The notes below the pieces were generated by a model that saw only the letters and a program-made list of their open reading frames with translations, made no database searches and had not been told where the DNA came from. Source: Euglena gracilis (Eukaryota). From it: DNA of 64,000 nt. Location: NCBI GenBank assembly GCA_039621445.1, contig CP154954.1, forward strand, positions 6,831,425 through 6,895,424, in the 5' to 3' direction. The first letter of the stretch is position 1; the number at the start of each line of letters is the position of its first letter. Of the stretch, positions 25,840 to 39,095 are shown in pieces. The position numbers were made by a program, and so were the translations under genes.

Positions 25840-27180
25840 ATGGGCCACTGATCAGGCCAAAAGGCCAGATTCCTAAGATCGTTCTTATGTTTCCCGCTAT
25901 TTTCAGGGATGGTTTTTCCACCAGAAGCCCAACCGCTCATTTTTTTGCTCATTGTTTCCAAGCTCTCTGATTCCTCATTCTGGGAGGATCTGAGGATTTA
26001 ACGAACGTTCGATGGGTTTATGCAGTGAACAGCATTCTTGAAATAGAGTTTTCGATCGTTTCGGCTCCATCACAAATTGGGGGACAAGATAATCCCAAAT
26101 AATCCTCGACAGTTTGCTTATTTGGGGGGAAAATACTAAAAGAAAGGGCCCAGGAAAGCGACCGACACAAGACAGTTGTTTTCTCATTTTTTGGATAATA
26201 TGTTATGTTTTTTTTTTTGTGGAATTAGAAATTAAGGGTTTCCACTGGCCAAAATTGCGAGAGGCGATCACGTAATCAGCGGACGCCCCACAGGGGGGTT
26301 GAGGGGGGTCCAGCTGCTCCATTTTTTCCAGTGTCTAGCAAAATGGCTGGTCACTGGAACCCCCCCCCCCGGGCGTCCTTAAGCAACAGCCTGCCAGTTT
26401 CTGGTGTAAGTCAGGGTCCTTGAAAACCACATCATCTGCTTTTTTTTTCCATTCAGTACTCCTGGACAAGAAAGCCACCCATAGCCCAAGCTTTTGCACC
26501 ACTCAACAGCCCAGTTGTGGGTCGGTGAGTCTTTTGTTCCGAATCTTCAGGTCTTTAGATTCTTGGACCATGGCACATGCTCAACCGTTCTGGGATTTGA
26601 AAAGGTCTTGTTTCTGTTGTTACCTTGAAAGAACTTCCTATTCCACAGCACCTTCTTCGAGGATTTTTTAAAACCATCCTTTCTTATAATTTTGCAATGT
26701 CCCAATTTTTTTTTAATTAATGTGCTCAACTGAACGTTGTTGCACTTTTTTTTTTTTAAAGGAAATTCTTCGAAAACAATTTCCTCAACTTTCTTCCAAC
26801 GTGCACTGAACAACAAGGTTTTGAGGTTGTGACTGGGAACGCCCTGTGAGCTCTTTTTTTATTTTTATTTTTGGCACTCTTCTTTGGGGTGTTCTTATTA
26901 TTATTATTGTGTGGAATTTATGTGTCTGATCATTTTTTTTTGCATTTCGGCATTCCTGGATTGCGAAAGAAATTTCTTTTGATGATGTGGTTTTGGAGGG
27001 CTGGAATCAAGCCTGCGAGGTAGTGTAAAAAATTATCGTCTCCAGCCGCTGTTTCCCATGTGCCTGGCAACGAACGCCTGCAGGCGCCTCGAGTCACCGT
27101 CCGGCACAGCTGGTTGTGTGCTAGCTGTGTCCTCCTACGGCGGGGTCATTCAGATTGTACACCAACCAGACTTCCAGTGC
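25840..27180 (-). pseudogene. Decayed coding-like relic on the minus strand, duplicated at ~36740-38085
   Basis: Protein-like frames (DNFLHYLAGLIPALQNHIIK; KIRNKRLTDPQLGC*VVQKLGLWVAFLSR; KLSRIIWDYLVPQFVMEP) with in-frame stops shared by both copies; family not recognised. Confidence 0.35.
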
Positions 27181-27649
27181 GGGGGGGGGGGTACAAAAAA
27201 TCCGTTTTATTTTCTATAGAATGATAGAATGGTCCCTCGGCTTATGATTCAATTCGCTCAAGGAAATTAAAACTCGAACAAAAAACAAAACCCACTTGTG
27301 TTTTGGATAATGTTTTAAGGTGATCAGTTTCCACGCACATCTGACTGTCTGGGTTCAAAGTTGATAGGTTTTATTAACTCTCGTTAAAATGAAAGTTATC
27401 CCCATTTGAACGCAGCGAATGCCGATAGAGGTCATCCCTGAAAAATATGGCCCCCACCAATGTTTCCACCAAGAATTTCGCCGGAGCGTCTTGAAATCCC
27501 TTCGAAGTTCAAAGCCAGGGGGTGAAAATTTGGTTTTTCTTGGCATCTCTTGTCTTCGTGGGCAATCAGCCCCGAAGAATGTGGCGTTCGCAGAAAGCAC
27601 ATCAAGTGGTGAAGGATTACGACTTTTTTAAACAGCCAACTATCTATCC

Positions 27650-28128
27650 CACCTGCCCCCCCCCCCCCCCCCCGGGCAATTGATGCCCCCGGGCGATTGT
27701 CACCCCTGGGTGTGCCGGCCAATTTGTCACCCCTGGGAAATTGTCACCCCCCTATGTGCTGCCCAATTCGTCCCCCCCCCCACACAGAAGTTGTCTGTGA
27801 ATGTTCTCTTCGCCGACACGACTCGATTGGTCTGCTATTTTGCTACAGCGTGCTGTGAACTTTTGCATACCAAATGCTCTGCACAATATCACAACCATAG
27901 CTGCATTTTTGCTTGTTCAATTGCGTTTTTGATGGTGTTTTTGGTCATTTGTTTTTAATGTGGCTTACATGGGTGGGCAATTGACGCCCCCGGGCAGTTG
28001 ACGCCCCCGGGCAGTTGACGCTCCTGGGCAACTGTCTCCCCCCCTCTGTTCCGGCCAAATTGTCACCCTGGGAAATTGTCACCCCTCCCGTGCTGCCCGA
28101 TTTGTCGCGCGACAATTGCCCGGGGGGG
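27650..28128. mobile_element. MITE (CCCGGGCAATTG TIR), present only in duplication copy 1
   Basis: ccccccgggcaattg / caattgcccggggggg; absent at the matching site near 38390. Confidence 0.75.
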
Positions 28129-29999
28129 AAAAAAGTGAGCAAAATAGGATACATTAACCCACCCGTCATCACAGTTAAACCCACCTGTGTCTTTATGTCT
28201 TTAAAAACAAATAATTTTTAACAATTTATAACAAAAACAAATCAACAAAATGATTTGGCGAGAGATCTGCTTGTATTGTCTTTTTGTGCTGGCCGAGTGT
28301 CACATCCCCCCCATTTAGTCCCCCTTAAAGTGAAATTGCCTCTCTCTCGTCAGAGGCTAAGAACTTTGGATGAAGAATTGGAGAGGAAGTGTTTCTCTGA
28401 GCAGTTAAATTTCCGCAGCGGATGGTCCAGTGCGGTCTCGTGTGCTATGACGTCGCATGCAGTTTTTTTTTAAATGGCACGGTGTTTGTGGAAGAGCCCC
28501 GCCATCCCAGTTCGCACCACTGCCGAGTTCCAGTACTGGCTTCGGCCACGTACTATGATGGAGGCCAGCGCCCCTGTGTAGCCCTGGGCTGCACTCGCGC
28601 GAGCCGTCCTATATCGCCGGCTCTGGCGGTGGTGTGGCTGGCGGTGGGGTCGGGAGCAGCCTCCCCAAGCCCAGACCCACAGTACAGTGTCTGTTGGTTT
28701 GTGCTGGCATCGCCCTGCGCGTCATAAACAAGCTCAGGTGGACCCAGACCTGAATTTCTTCAAATGTCAATGGACCATCCCAAACCTAGCCGGGCTTAGG
28801 CCAGCCCTCGCCACGCTGCCAGGGAAAAGCCCGAGGCCAGCACACCCTGACTTGGCTGGGACTGCGGTGGTCGCAAGAGGACCAGGGAGGGTGAAGAAGG
28901 TCAAACGATGGTTGGGAAGATATGCCGCTCGGGTGAGTTGCTGAGCATGGACGGAAAGCTGGTGAGGCGGCAGGATAGAGACGCCCGGGAGTGCGCCAGC
29001 CTTGGCGAGCTGCCGCAACCTCAAGGATGTTTTGACATGGATCCCGGGCCTCTTGGTGCCTCGTGCTAGAGGTTAAACACACAGACGGACTGAAGGTGCA
29101 ATGGTTTAATGTGGCACCATCCCCAAACCGAGGAAGCCGGATGTGAGGCACCTGGGCCCACACAGTCGGGATACCTCCCAACCTGACTGGCACTTGATGC
29201 TTGCGCTGGCATCAAATCAGAGTGATGGCGGCTGCTTAAACAATTTTGTCAGGGTAGCGAGCGGCCTGTTTGGAAGGTGAGTCCAAAGTGAAAATAATCG
29301 GGGGTTTGTTTTTGCAAGATGCAGAAAACTGTAAAACTGAATGGATAATGCAGAGTGGAGGACGAAAAATCCTGGATTTAAAACGGAAGAGACCACTCAA
29401 ATGCCACCTCCATATTCTTGGTTTAGGGAGGTTTTATAGTTAGATTGCATGCCTTTGTAATAAAGTCGTACTGATTCGTGGGCAGCTGGTCAGTACCCAG
29501 GCAATATATGAGAAGTAGAATTTCTCGGGGATGCCAACATTTTGGCCTCCTGCATTCCAATGTGTTTGTGGTTGGGAAGGGTTCATCGGATTATACACTA
29601 CTCCTTGAAGTGAGGGCTGGTGTTCAAAAAAAGATCAGTCATTGAGACACACACAAAAAATCATAGGAAGCAGAAGGGGGTGTCGTATTCCTGGCCACTG
29701 TTCAAGGAAACGCTTTCCCCTCCCAGCCGGTGAAGCGGTACGACGTCGGGGTGGAACAATGTACACACAAAGGCCCCCCCCAACTCCCTCAAACTTCCAC
29801 ATAAGACCACTAACCACATGCACAGACACACAAACTCTCACCGCATGATACGCAGCGATATGCTATTACCGGAGGAAACTCTTCCCGTGGGAAACTGCTG
29901 AATTCCGGGTCAAACCTGGGGAACTGAAAAAAATGACAGGGTACCGATTTGCCAGGGTCACAATCCCTTGGTTTTCTCCTTGCCGTGCCATGCGCTGGC

Positions 30000-32900
30000 A
30001 GTCTGAATGGTGGCCGATTCCCCAATAGTTTCCAGTCATGACGCGATTTGATTTTCCCTGGCACCCATTTCCCACCCCGCGTGCGCGTACCCATTTCTGC
30101 TGGGGAAGTGCGGCCCCTCTTTTCCCCACCCCCAACGCTTCGCAGGGGTTGCCAAGAATGCAGTTTGCCGCACCAGCTCCGGAGGTTGGGCAGGCGGAGT
30201 ACTTCACGCCGACGCCCGAGGTGTACGTGTACCCGGAAGAGCCACAACCTGAGATGGGGAAGTGGCCCGAAGGTGTGCTCCACTCCCGTCCTTCTGTGTT
30301 TCACTCTTGTTCATATCAGTGTCCGGTGTATTGACTTTTTTTTTCTAATTTCACAATCGGTTTATTTATGGGGTATAATACAGCGACACGATGGTGCAGG
30401 AGTGTTCCTGTTTTGAAAGGAATGCAATAACTTTCAGAATTGCAGAATACCTTGTTCCACACACCTTTGCATTTGGTTAGGCTAATTCTCTTCTTGTTGC
30501 ATTTTTGCAGAAACCCTTTTACGACTCCACAGAGGGCCAGCCAGAAGTACTCCCAACCTCCCGCCCGTGGCATTGGTGGCGGTGGGTACTGTGGACCAGA
30601 CCAACGTTCGGTGCCAGTCACCAAAAAAACACCACAAGTAAATTGTTGCATGTGCTATTCTCAAAAGGAAATTGACATATTTGTGTTTCTCTATATTATT
30701 GATAAGAAAACTCATAATCTATTTTCCCGAATACGAATATTTGGTGATTTCAAATGCAGTAATACTCAATGTAATTTTCTCCTTCCCCATCTCCCAGGGC
30801 CACCCCGTCCTGACCTGTTTTTAAATTCTTTCAAAGAACATTATTTTGTGTTGTTTGTGAAATATTGTTTCAAAATTTTTGCCATTGGTATCCGCTTGAT
30901 TTAGCGAGATATTATTGATTTCTCCCCCATTGCTGTTCCCATTTCCCTAATGTCCATTCACCAACCTCCCTAGTTATGCAGGGATTTTTTTTTTAAAGGT
31001 TGGACCCTGGGGGACGGGGCAGGGTGGGTGGGTCCGCCAGACAGCCCCGCCCCCCCCCCCCCCCCCCCCCCCCTCCGAGGGGTTACCTCCAAGTGCCATG
31101 TGTCCCCCGCAAGGTAATGGCCCTTTTGACTTTTTTCGGTGCCAAAGCGCCAAATATTTGTCTCCATATTTGACCCAATTTGACAAAAATGTTCCTCCCC
31201 GAGGGGGGGCTCCCTGAGTTATTTCCAGTGTATCCCAACAATGGGCGGGGGGTTGCTTTGTCCTGCCCTGGGGTAGTTTTTGGTCCTGGACGCCCAACCA
31301 ACGCTGGCCTGAGGCGGGCGCTGCCCCGCCTGCTGCTCGTGCCCTTCCTCGCCCTGTTCTTCCTGTGGGTGTTCAACGCCGAGGGGGGCGTCGGGCTCGA
31401 CGCCTCCAGCCTCTTCGGCCTGCACGCCGTGCTGATGGTCGTCTTTGTGCTGCCCAGGCCCCCTACCGATGGCTCATGTTGCAACGCGAATGTGCGGCGA
31501 ATGGGTCTCAAGCGCGACTGCGTTTTTTGGAAAATCGTATTGGACAGCATGGTGAAGGGAAGGGGCGCGTCGCAGAACATCGAAAATTGTATCAACGGTC
31601 AAATACTTTCCAAGTTTTATGTGGTTTTTTTGGGTTACGTTAATCAGTTTCTAGCTGAGCCTCACAGATGAAGGATTCGAGAAGCCAAACCGGTCGATTA
31701 TTATTATTATTATTATTATTATGGAAAATATCGGGGAATTTCAATAATTTTACCATTTTTGTCTATGGCAATTTTTTTGTATGTCCTGCATTTGAGAGTT
31801 TACACATAATTCTCTGAAGAGGTTGACACTGATTTAAGGATCTTCTCAGGCACATTTTCATTGTCGTATCGCTCTCCAATTTCTCTTTGTTCCCCAAAAT
31901 ATGTTTGGATGTTTGGTGGATGATTGGTTGAGGCCTTGTTCCGATCTGCATGCAGGAGGCACTCCTCGTTTATTCCGTTCCGCTTTTCGGGCCTCTGCCG
32001 GTTCCCCGAGCTGCCTCCAAGTGTGCCGCCCCCAACTCGACGTGGCTGTGATGTGGCAACGCTGAATGGGAGGCTGGCCAGTATTCAGGTCGGGGTTCAG
32101 ACAGGTACTCGGAACGTCTTCCGCATTCAAGCTGCAGCAGGTCGGTTGGAGTGGGACCAAGCTTCTGCGGTTCACTTCGCTGCGGTCAAATGCCTGTTTT
32201 TTGACTTTTTATGGGTTTTTTATTTGGATCTGTCTTGACATTCATTACAAGTCCCATTCTCCGCTCAGGACGGAGGAAATTTTTTTCGAGTGTGGGGACC
32301 CCCCAAGGGGGTCTAGCCAGTGGCTTCGTTGCAGTGATTCGTAAAATGGCTGGTCAGTGGCCCCTGGGGACCTGAAGCAGGAGGCTGAGCGGGACAGGCG
32401 TTTCTTCTACTGTGGAAATCTACCAAATCTCCAACAGCATTTCCCTCAGCCTCTTTTCATTTCCTTTTTCGTCAGATAACCCCCCGACTTGGGGCAAGAG
32501 GCAGAGAGGGGGAATTGTGAGTTTCTTTGCAAAAAGAAAAACACTGAATTTTGGCAAATTGATTGGAATGCAAACGTACGGCAATAGCATCCTAAAATAT
32601 TAAAATGAAGTGTCAACAATTCACGACTTGGAAATAATGCGAATTCCTGTTTTGATGTTATTATAATTTATTTTTTGTTTAGATTTTGCTTATTTTTGTT
32701 TGAAAAATATATGCCCCAAATATTATTTACCCCTGGCCATAATTTCGCATTCCTAAATGTGAACCCCCAGAAAAAGTAGTTTGGGGGGAGTTGAGGAAAA
32801 TGTTTCAAATTGTTTCAACGAGGAAAATGTTTCAACAAATAAAATGTTGGAGAATCAAAGGATTTGGCTGCATGCATCATGGATGGCTGGATGGCTGACT

Positions 32901-35900
32901 GGGTGGATCGATGGTTGGGAGAAAGAGTGTAAGGTTGGCAGGCGGTCAGGCTAGCAGGAACAAACACAAACAGGAAGGTTGGGCAGTGGGCTATTGGCCT
33001 CTGGCATTCGTTTTCCTCCGGGGCTGCCCGGTTCCACACGCACACGGTGCTCCCGCGCAGGGCCGTCCACGCCGTCTTCCACCTGGCCGGCCTGGGGTGC
33101 GCCATCGGGGGGCTGGTGGCCATCGTGTCCTACAAGCGCCAGAACGGCGACAGCGTCTACCCGAACTACCCGGTGTACACCCCCCACTCCTGGGTGGCCA
33201 TCGCCTTCCTCGCGTTGTGGACCATGGATTCATTCAACACCCGTGTGACTCCACCCCCCAGGGGGCAGGGCACACAGGATACCCTCCCCAAAACCCCCAA
33301 AACCCCCATTTTTTTCACACCTTCCAAAGTTTCAACAGTTTCTCAAAATTTTGATTCTGAGAGGTTTTTGAATAAAAAGAAAAACGCCATTGAAAATACA
33401 AAGAATTCCAAGAGAATAAATGTCAGTAAAGTTTGATTGTGCCATAGTTTGGTTTCAATTTTTTGACCTGCATTTTTTTCACCACCTCCTAAGAACTACA
33501 AAGGTTTAAACCTAATTTTTTTGTGAAAAATATGTGGTTTTCCATCAAAAAATTTTATTTTGGGTTCATGTTTTAAAAAAAAAATTCCAAAAATTTCCCT
33601 GTTGGTGGGTGGGTGGGGTCGACCCCCCAACCAGGCCTTTCTGTTCTGCCATGTCCAGGGGGGTGGTTGGATTTTCGAGAGTGGTTGGGTCAGTGGGTGG
33701 GGGCATATTTTGGACCAGCCAAACGCCATGCCTGAAAAATGTAAGTGGTTTCGGCCGATTCTGACTAGGGTGGGTTGACCCTCACCTTCGGGGGAGGGGT
33801 CGTGGGAGGATAGGCTTTGGTGGGTGGTTTGGGGTCCGAGGAAAAGGCCCCCCCCCCCAATTGTCACGAAGTGAATCTGTGTTGTAGATCCTCCAGCTGC
33901 TGGGAGCAATCCACTGCCATATATGGTGGTGTCAAACGAGGGAGGTTCTGTTCAGTCGAATGCGCGTTTCCTTCAAGATGTTTGCCTTTTTTTTTAAATT
34001 CACAGTTGTATTTTTAATGCTTTTGAGCTTCAACATTTGTCACCAAGGTTTCATGCATTTCCACCAGTGAGATCAATAGTTCTGCAGTAATTTTAGGTGG
34101 CATGCAAAACCACTTTTTGTGTAGTTTTTGCATCCGGTCCAGAGAGAAACTGCATGACTTGATTCACAAACCTACCTATCCGAAGTGATTTCACTCGGTT
34201 CTGGCCAAAAACCCATTATCAGGAAGTTCATCACCGCTAATCATGGTGCTGTTAGTGAAATTGCTGTGTAGCTTCCCATAGCAGCTGCAGTGGCTTGTCG
34301 TTGAGGTGCTGTTGTTTTTGTTCTCGTCAAGGATGAGCAGGTCAAGCAACGATGCAGGGCCACCACCCATCTCGTGACGATTCGTTTGTTTGTCTGCGCA
34401 CGTGCACCTATGCCGCCGAACTCTGAATTACATAAGCAATGAAATTGTTTGGTTTAATTGTTTTCTGTTTGATGTATTGTGAGTAAGGCACAAATTATTG
34501 AAGCCTCTTAATTGTTTGCGTCAGTTTAATAAGTCAGTTTGGGGCAAAGGGGTCCTGGGGGGGGCAAATGGGAATCTGTGGCGGTGGGGTCTTCCGTCTA
34601 TCTTTCGTGTGACCTTCTGACCCGCCCCAGATCCCAGGTTTCGCTGGGTTTTGTGACACGACGTCGGATTCCAGCTCAGCCAGCTGGCCGGAGGTTTTAG
34701 GGAATGCTGCCAAAATACTGATAAGTGAGATACATGTAAAATAGACCTCATCTCTCGAACAATTTTCCAATTCACATGGATCTCTCACCTGAGCCAGATC
34801 CATCAAACCCCCCTGGCTGAAGTGCCAAAATTTTTTACAGGTGGCAGTCTGCCAGATTGGATCTCCAATCCGACCACCACACTTTTTTTCCAGCCAACTC
34901 CTGTCACCCAGCTGCTGGAATTTCGCTGGGGGATTCCGCCATCTCCATTTCCTGTGTGGGAAAGCATTCAGCAGCGAAATCACCCGGAATTTTTCAAATT
35001 TTGATCGGGATCGGCGGTGCGGGCGACGTTCCACCGCTTCTTCGGGAACGTGACCTATGGGGTCGGCCTCGCCACGTGTGCCTTGGGCTTCCAAGACATG
35101 CAGTCCAGCGACCTCTCGTGGCTGGCAACCAGAGATTGCTTTAATAATATTTGAGCCCCACGGACGCTTGTTCTAATAGTTGGTTTCCTAAGAAAGTGCT
35201 CAATGTCCCAACCCCCTGCCGGATCCCCTGCGCTCTTGAATGGAAGTCTCTGCGTCCGATGCCCAACATGACGGACGCAATGGCGTCCATGGCAGGCATG
35301 GACATGGCCATGCCCGACATGCCCACGGGCTACCAGTACAACTCCATCCTGGCCTGCTACTCCAGCGCCTGCAGACCACGGTGGCTGTAATCATATATCA
35401 TATGTGTGCACCCATTCTAAGGGAAAGTGTGCCCGCGAAATTATCGTTTCACCAACATTTTGGATTACCCCGACGTTTTTTGCAGCACCTGGAGACAGAT
35501 TCCTGGGAGGGGCGTATGTGACATCAACAGGCACTGCGTGAATGATCAAATGCATTGATGGTATGACAGGATTATACGAAAATTTTACCCTCCCACCTTT
35601 CGAAAAAATTTTCCGAAAATGGCTGAAAATGGCCGAAAATGACAAAAATCTGGGTGTGAATTATAGAAGCTTGGCCATCAAAAAGAGAAGAACAAAGCTT
35701 TGGAATTTCGCTACATAACGCTTTCCCCCGATTGTTGGCCCACTGGGTGCAAGTATCTACCACACTCATGAAACTGACACATTTGCGAAAAAAAGAAGTA
35801 GTTTGCTTCTCCCTGCCTAATTACTCGTATTAAATATTTCCCCAGGCATATTTTTTTGTGCCGAGCTAGATGTTGTACTGGAAGGACTTTGGAAACCAAA

Positions 35901-38900
35901 AGTTTGTCTGGCCCGTTGCAACTGGTTTTTTCTCCGGGGGTGGAGGGGGTCCGGACAAGGAAGCTCCGCAGCTCACCCGTACCCCCGGGGGGTCCCCACC
36001 CCCCCCCCTAGTTTTGGAAGGGGGGATCCCTCCCCCTCCTCTGCGTGGGCAAAAAAATTTCCGGGTGTGTATTTTAGGACTCTTTCGTTCAACGTGAAAT
36101 TTTGACAAAAAGACGAAAAATGACTGTAATTTGGGGCAGGTGGGGAATTGCGTGAAAATCAAATGTGTCAAAATGCTGTTAAATAGGGCATTTTAAGGAC
36201 TTCAATTTGGTTCTTTGTTTCCTCTGATTCCCCGCAATTTTTGAGAAATTTCAGAAAGTTTGATTTTTTTTGACCCAAATAACCGGCCGAAATTTTTGGC
36301 GACCGAAAACTGGAGGAGGTACGACCGGGGGTCCCCCCCCCCCCTAGTTTTGGAAGGGGGTCCCCCCCACTCCCCCCCCCCCCTCAGAGATTCCCTCACA
36401 ACCCTGCCCCCCCCCATTTAATACCCTGCTCGCAAGTCATGAGGGGCAGAGCAAATTCCGGCCTCTCCGCATCCGCATCCACGTCCCAGCCACTGTGTGC
36501 CTGTCTGTTGCTGGTGTTCATCGGGATCGCCACGTTCTTTGTCCAGCTTTTCAAGTGAGTCGTGCGAGTTAATGATTTGTTTGCCTCCCACTCTGTGCTT
36601 AAGTGATCCGCGTCCCCTCTCTCTTGCTGGAGGCTGATGCCTGCCTCGCTTGCCACCCCTATTGTCTTTTCCCTGCCGAAAGTTTGGGCCGACCAACACA
36701 CTGCCTTGCTGACACCCACAGTGCGGATGGTGTTGGAAGGAAGATCGGAAGGTTATTTTCATGGGCCACCGATCAGGTCAAAAGGCCAGATTCCTAAGAT
36801 CGTTCTTATGTTTCCGCCTGTTTTCAGAGATGGTGTTTCCACCAGAAGCCCAACCACATTTTTAGCCTGGTTTTGCTCATTGTTTCCAAGCTCTCTGAAT
36901 CCTCATTCTGGGAGGATCTGAGAATTTAATGAACGTTCGATGGGTTTATGCAGTGTACAGCATTCTTGCAATAGAGTTTTCGATCGTTTCGGCTCCATCA
37001 CAAACTGGGGAACAGGATAATCCCAAATAATCCTCGACAGTTTGCTTATTTGGGGGGAAAATACTAAAAAGAAAAGGCCCAGGAAGCGTCCGACGCAAGA
37101 CAGTTGTTTTCTCATTTTTTGGATAATATTTTTATGTTTTTTTTTGTGGAATTAGAAATTAAGGATTTCCACTGGCCAAAATTGCGGGAGACGATCACGT
37201 AATCAGCGGACCCCCCCCCAGTGGGGGTGAGGGGGGTCCAGCTGCTCCATTTTTTCCAGTGTCTAGCAAAATGGCTGGTCACTGGAACCCCCCCGGCGTC
37301 CTTAAGCAACAGCCTGCCAGTTTCTGGTGTAAGTCAGGGTCCTTGAAAACCACATCATCTGCTTTTTTTTTCCATTCAGTACTCCTGGACAAGAAAGCCA
37401 CCAATAGCCCAAGCTTTTGCACCACTCAACAGCCCAGTTGTGGGTCAGTGAGTCTTTTGTTCCGAATCTTCAGGTCTTTAGATTCTTGGACCATGGCACA
37501 TGCTCAACCGTTCTGGGATTTGAAAAAAAAATCTTTTTTTTGTTTCTGTTGTTACCTTGAAAGAACTTCCTATTCTACAGCACCTTCTTCGAGTTTTTTT
37601 TTAAAAACCATCCTTTTTGATAATTGTGCAGTGTCCCAGTTTTTTTTTTAAATAATAACATTAATTTAGCACACTGAACGCTCAACTGAACGTTCGTTGC
37701 ACCATTTTGTAGTTATTTTTGAACAACAAGGTTTTGAGGTTGTGACTGGGAACGCCCTGTGAGCTCTTTTTTTATTTTTATTTTTGTCAGGTCTTATTTG
37801 GGGTGCTATTGTTATTATTATTTTGTGGGCAACTTTGTGTCTGATCTTTTTTTTGCATTTCGACATTCCTGGATTTCTTTTGATGATGTGATTTTGGAGG
37901 GCTGGAATCAACCCTGCGAGGTAATGTAAAAAATTATCGTTTCCAGCCGCTGTTTCCCATGTGCCTGGCAACGAACGCCTGCAGGCGCCTCGAGTCACCG
38001 TCCGGCACAGCTGGTTGTGTGCTAGCTGTGTCCTCCTACGGCGGGGTCATTCAGATTGTACACCAACCAGACTTCCAGTGCGGGGGGGGGGGTACAAAAA
38101 ATCCGCTCAAGGAAAGTAAAACTCGAACAAAAAACAAAACCCACTTGTGTTTTGGATGATGTTTTAAGGTGCTCAGTCTCCACGCACATCTGACTGTCTG
38201 GGGTCAAAGTTGCGAAATGTGGCCCCCACCAATGTTAGAATTTCGCCGGAGCGTCTTGAAATCCTTCCGAAGTCCAAAGCCAGGGAGTTAAAATTTTGTG
38301 TTTTTTTTGGCATCTCTTGTCTTTGTGGGCAATCAGTGCATCAAATGGTGAAATATTATTACTGTATGACTGGTTTCTAAACAGCCAAATACCTTTCCTA
38401 AGAAGTGAGCAAGATACATTAACCCACCCGTCATCACAGTTAAACCCACCTGTGTCTTTATGTCTTTAAAAAATAAAAAATAAAATTATATACATATATA
38501 TGTGTGTATATATTGTAATATTTATTAATGTGAGATATCTGCTTGTATTGTCTTTTTGTGCTGGCCGAGTGTCACCCCCCCCCCCTTTTGTCCCCCATAA
38601 AGTGAAATTGCCTCTCTCTCGTCAGAGGCTAAGAACCTCGGTCTTTGGATGAAGAATTGGTCAGGAAATGTTTCTCTGAGCAGTTAAATTTCCGCAGCGG
38701 ATGGTCCAGTGTGGTCTCGTGTGCTATGACGTCGCATGCAGTTTTTTTTTTTTAAATGGCACGGTGGTTGTGGAAGAGCCCCGCCATCCCAGTTCGCACC
38801 ACTGCCGAGTTCCAGTACTGGCTTCGGCCACGTACTATGATGGAGGCCAGTGCCCCTGTGTAGCCCTGGGCTGCACTCGCGCGAGCCGTCCTATATCGCC

Positions 38901-39095
38901 GGCTCTGGCGGTGGTGTGGCTGGCGGTGGGGTCGGGAGCAGCCTCCCCAATCCAGACCCACAGTACAGTGTCTGTTGGTTTGTGCTGGCATCGCCCTGCA
39001 CGTCATAAAAGGCTCAGGTGGATCCAAGCCGAAATTGGGCCACATCTCGATGGACCGTCCCAAACCTGGCCGGGCTTAGGCTACCCCTCGCTATG
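30000..39095 (+). repeat. Tandem segmental duplication, copy 2
   Basis: Colinear with 18400-28815; lacks the insertions found at 20915-21357 and ~27650-28128 in copy 1. Confidence 0.93.
30158..36558 (+). CDS. Cytochrome b561, copy 2
   Basis: Same exon series as copy 1 (ATG 30158; LFGLHAVLM ~31410; VHAVFH/PHSW 33065-33195; FHRFFG ~35030; Met loop from 35259; stop 36556-36558). Exon differences are mostly synonymous (e.g. gcc/gca, ctt/ctc, gtc/gtt, tat/tac), which supports the frames and intact function. Confidence 0.87.

Larger units (their letters stand above)
18400..28815 (+). repeat. Tandem segmental duplication, copy 1 (pairs with ~30000-39095)
   Basis: Colinear similarity, e.g. 18567/30158, 23560/34960, 27040/37940, 28400/38680. 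Confidence 0.93.

Noticed and set aside
28850-29640. Possible decayed retroelement or gene between the duplicated units
   Set aside because: Fragmented frames; no reverse transcriptase, endonuclease or integrase motif recognised.
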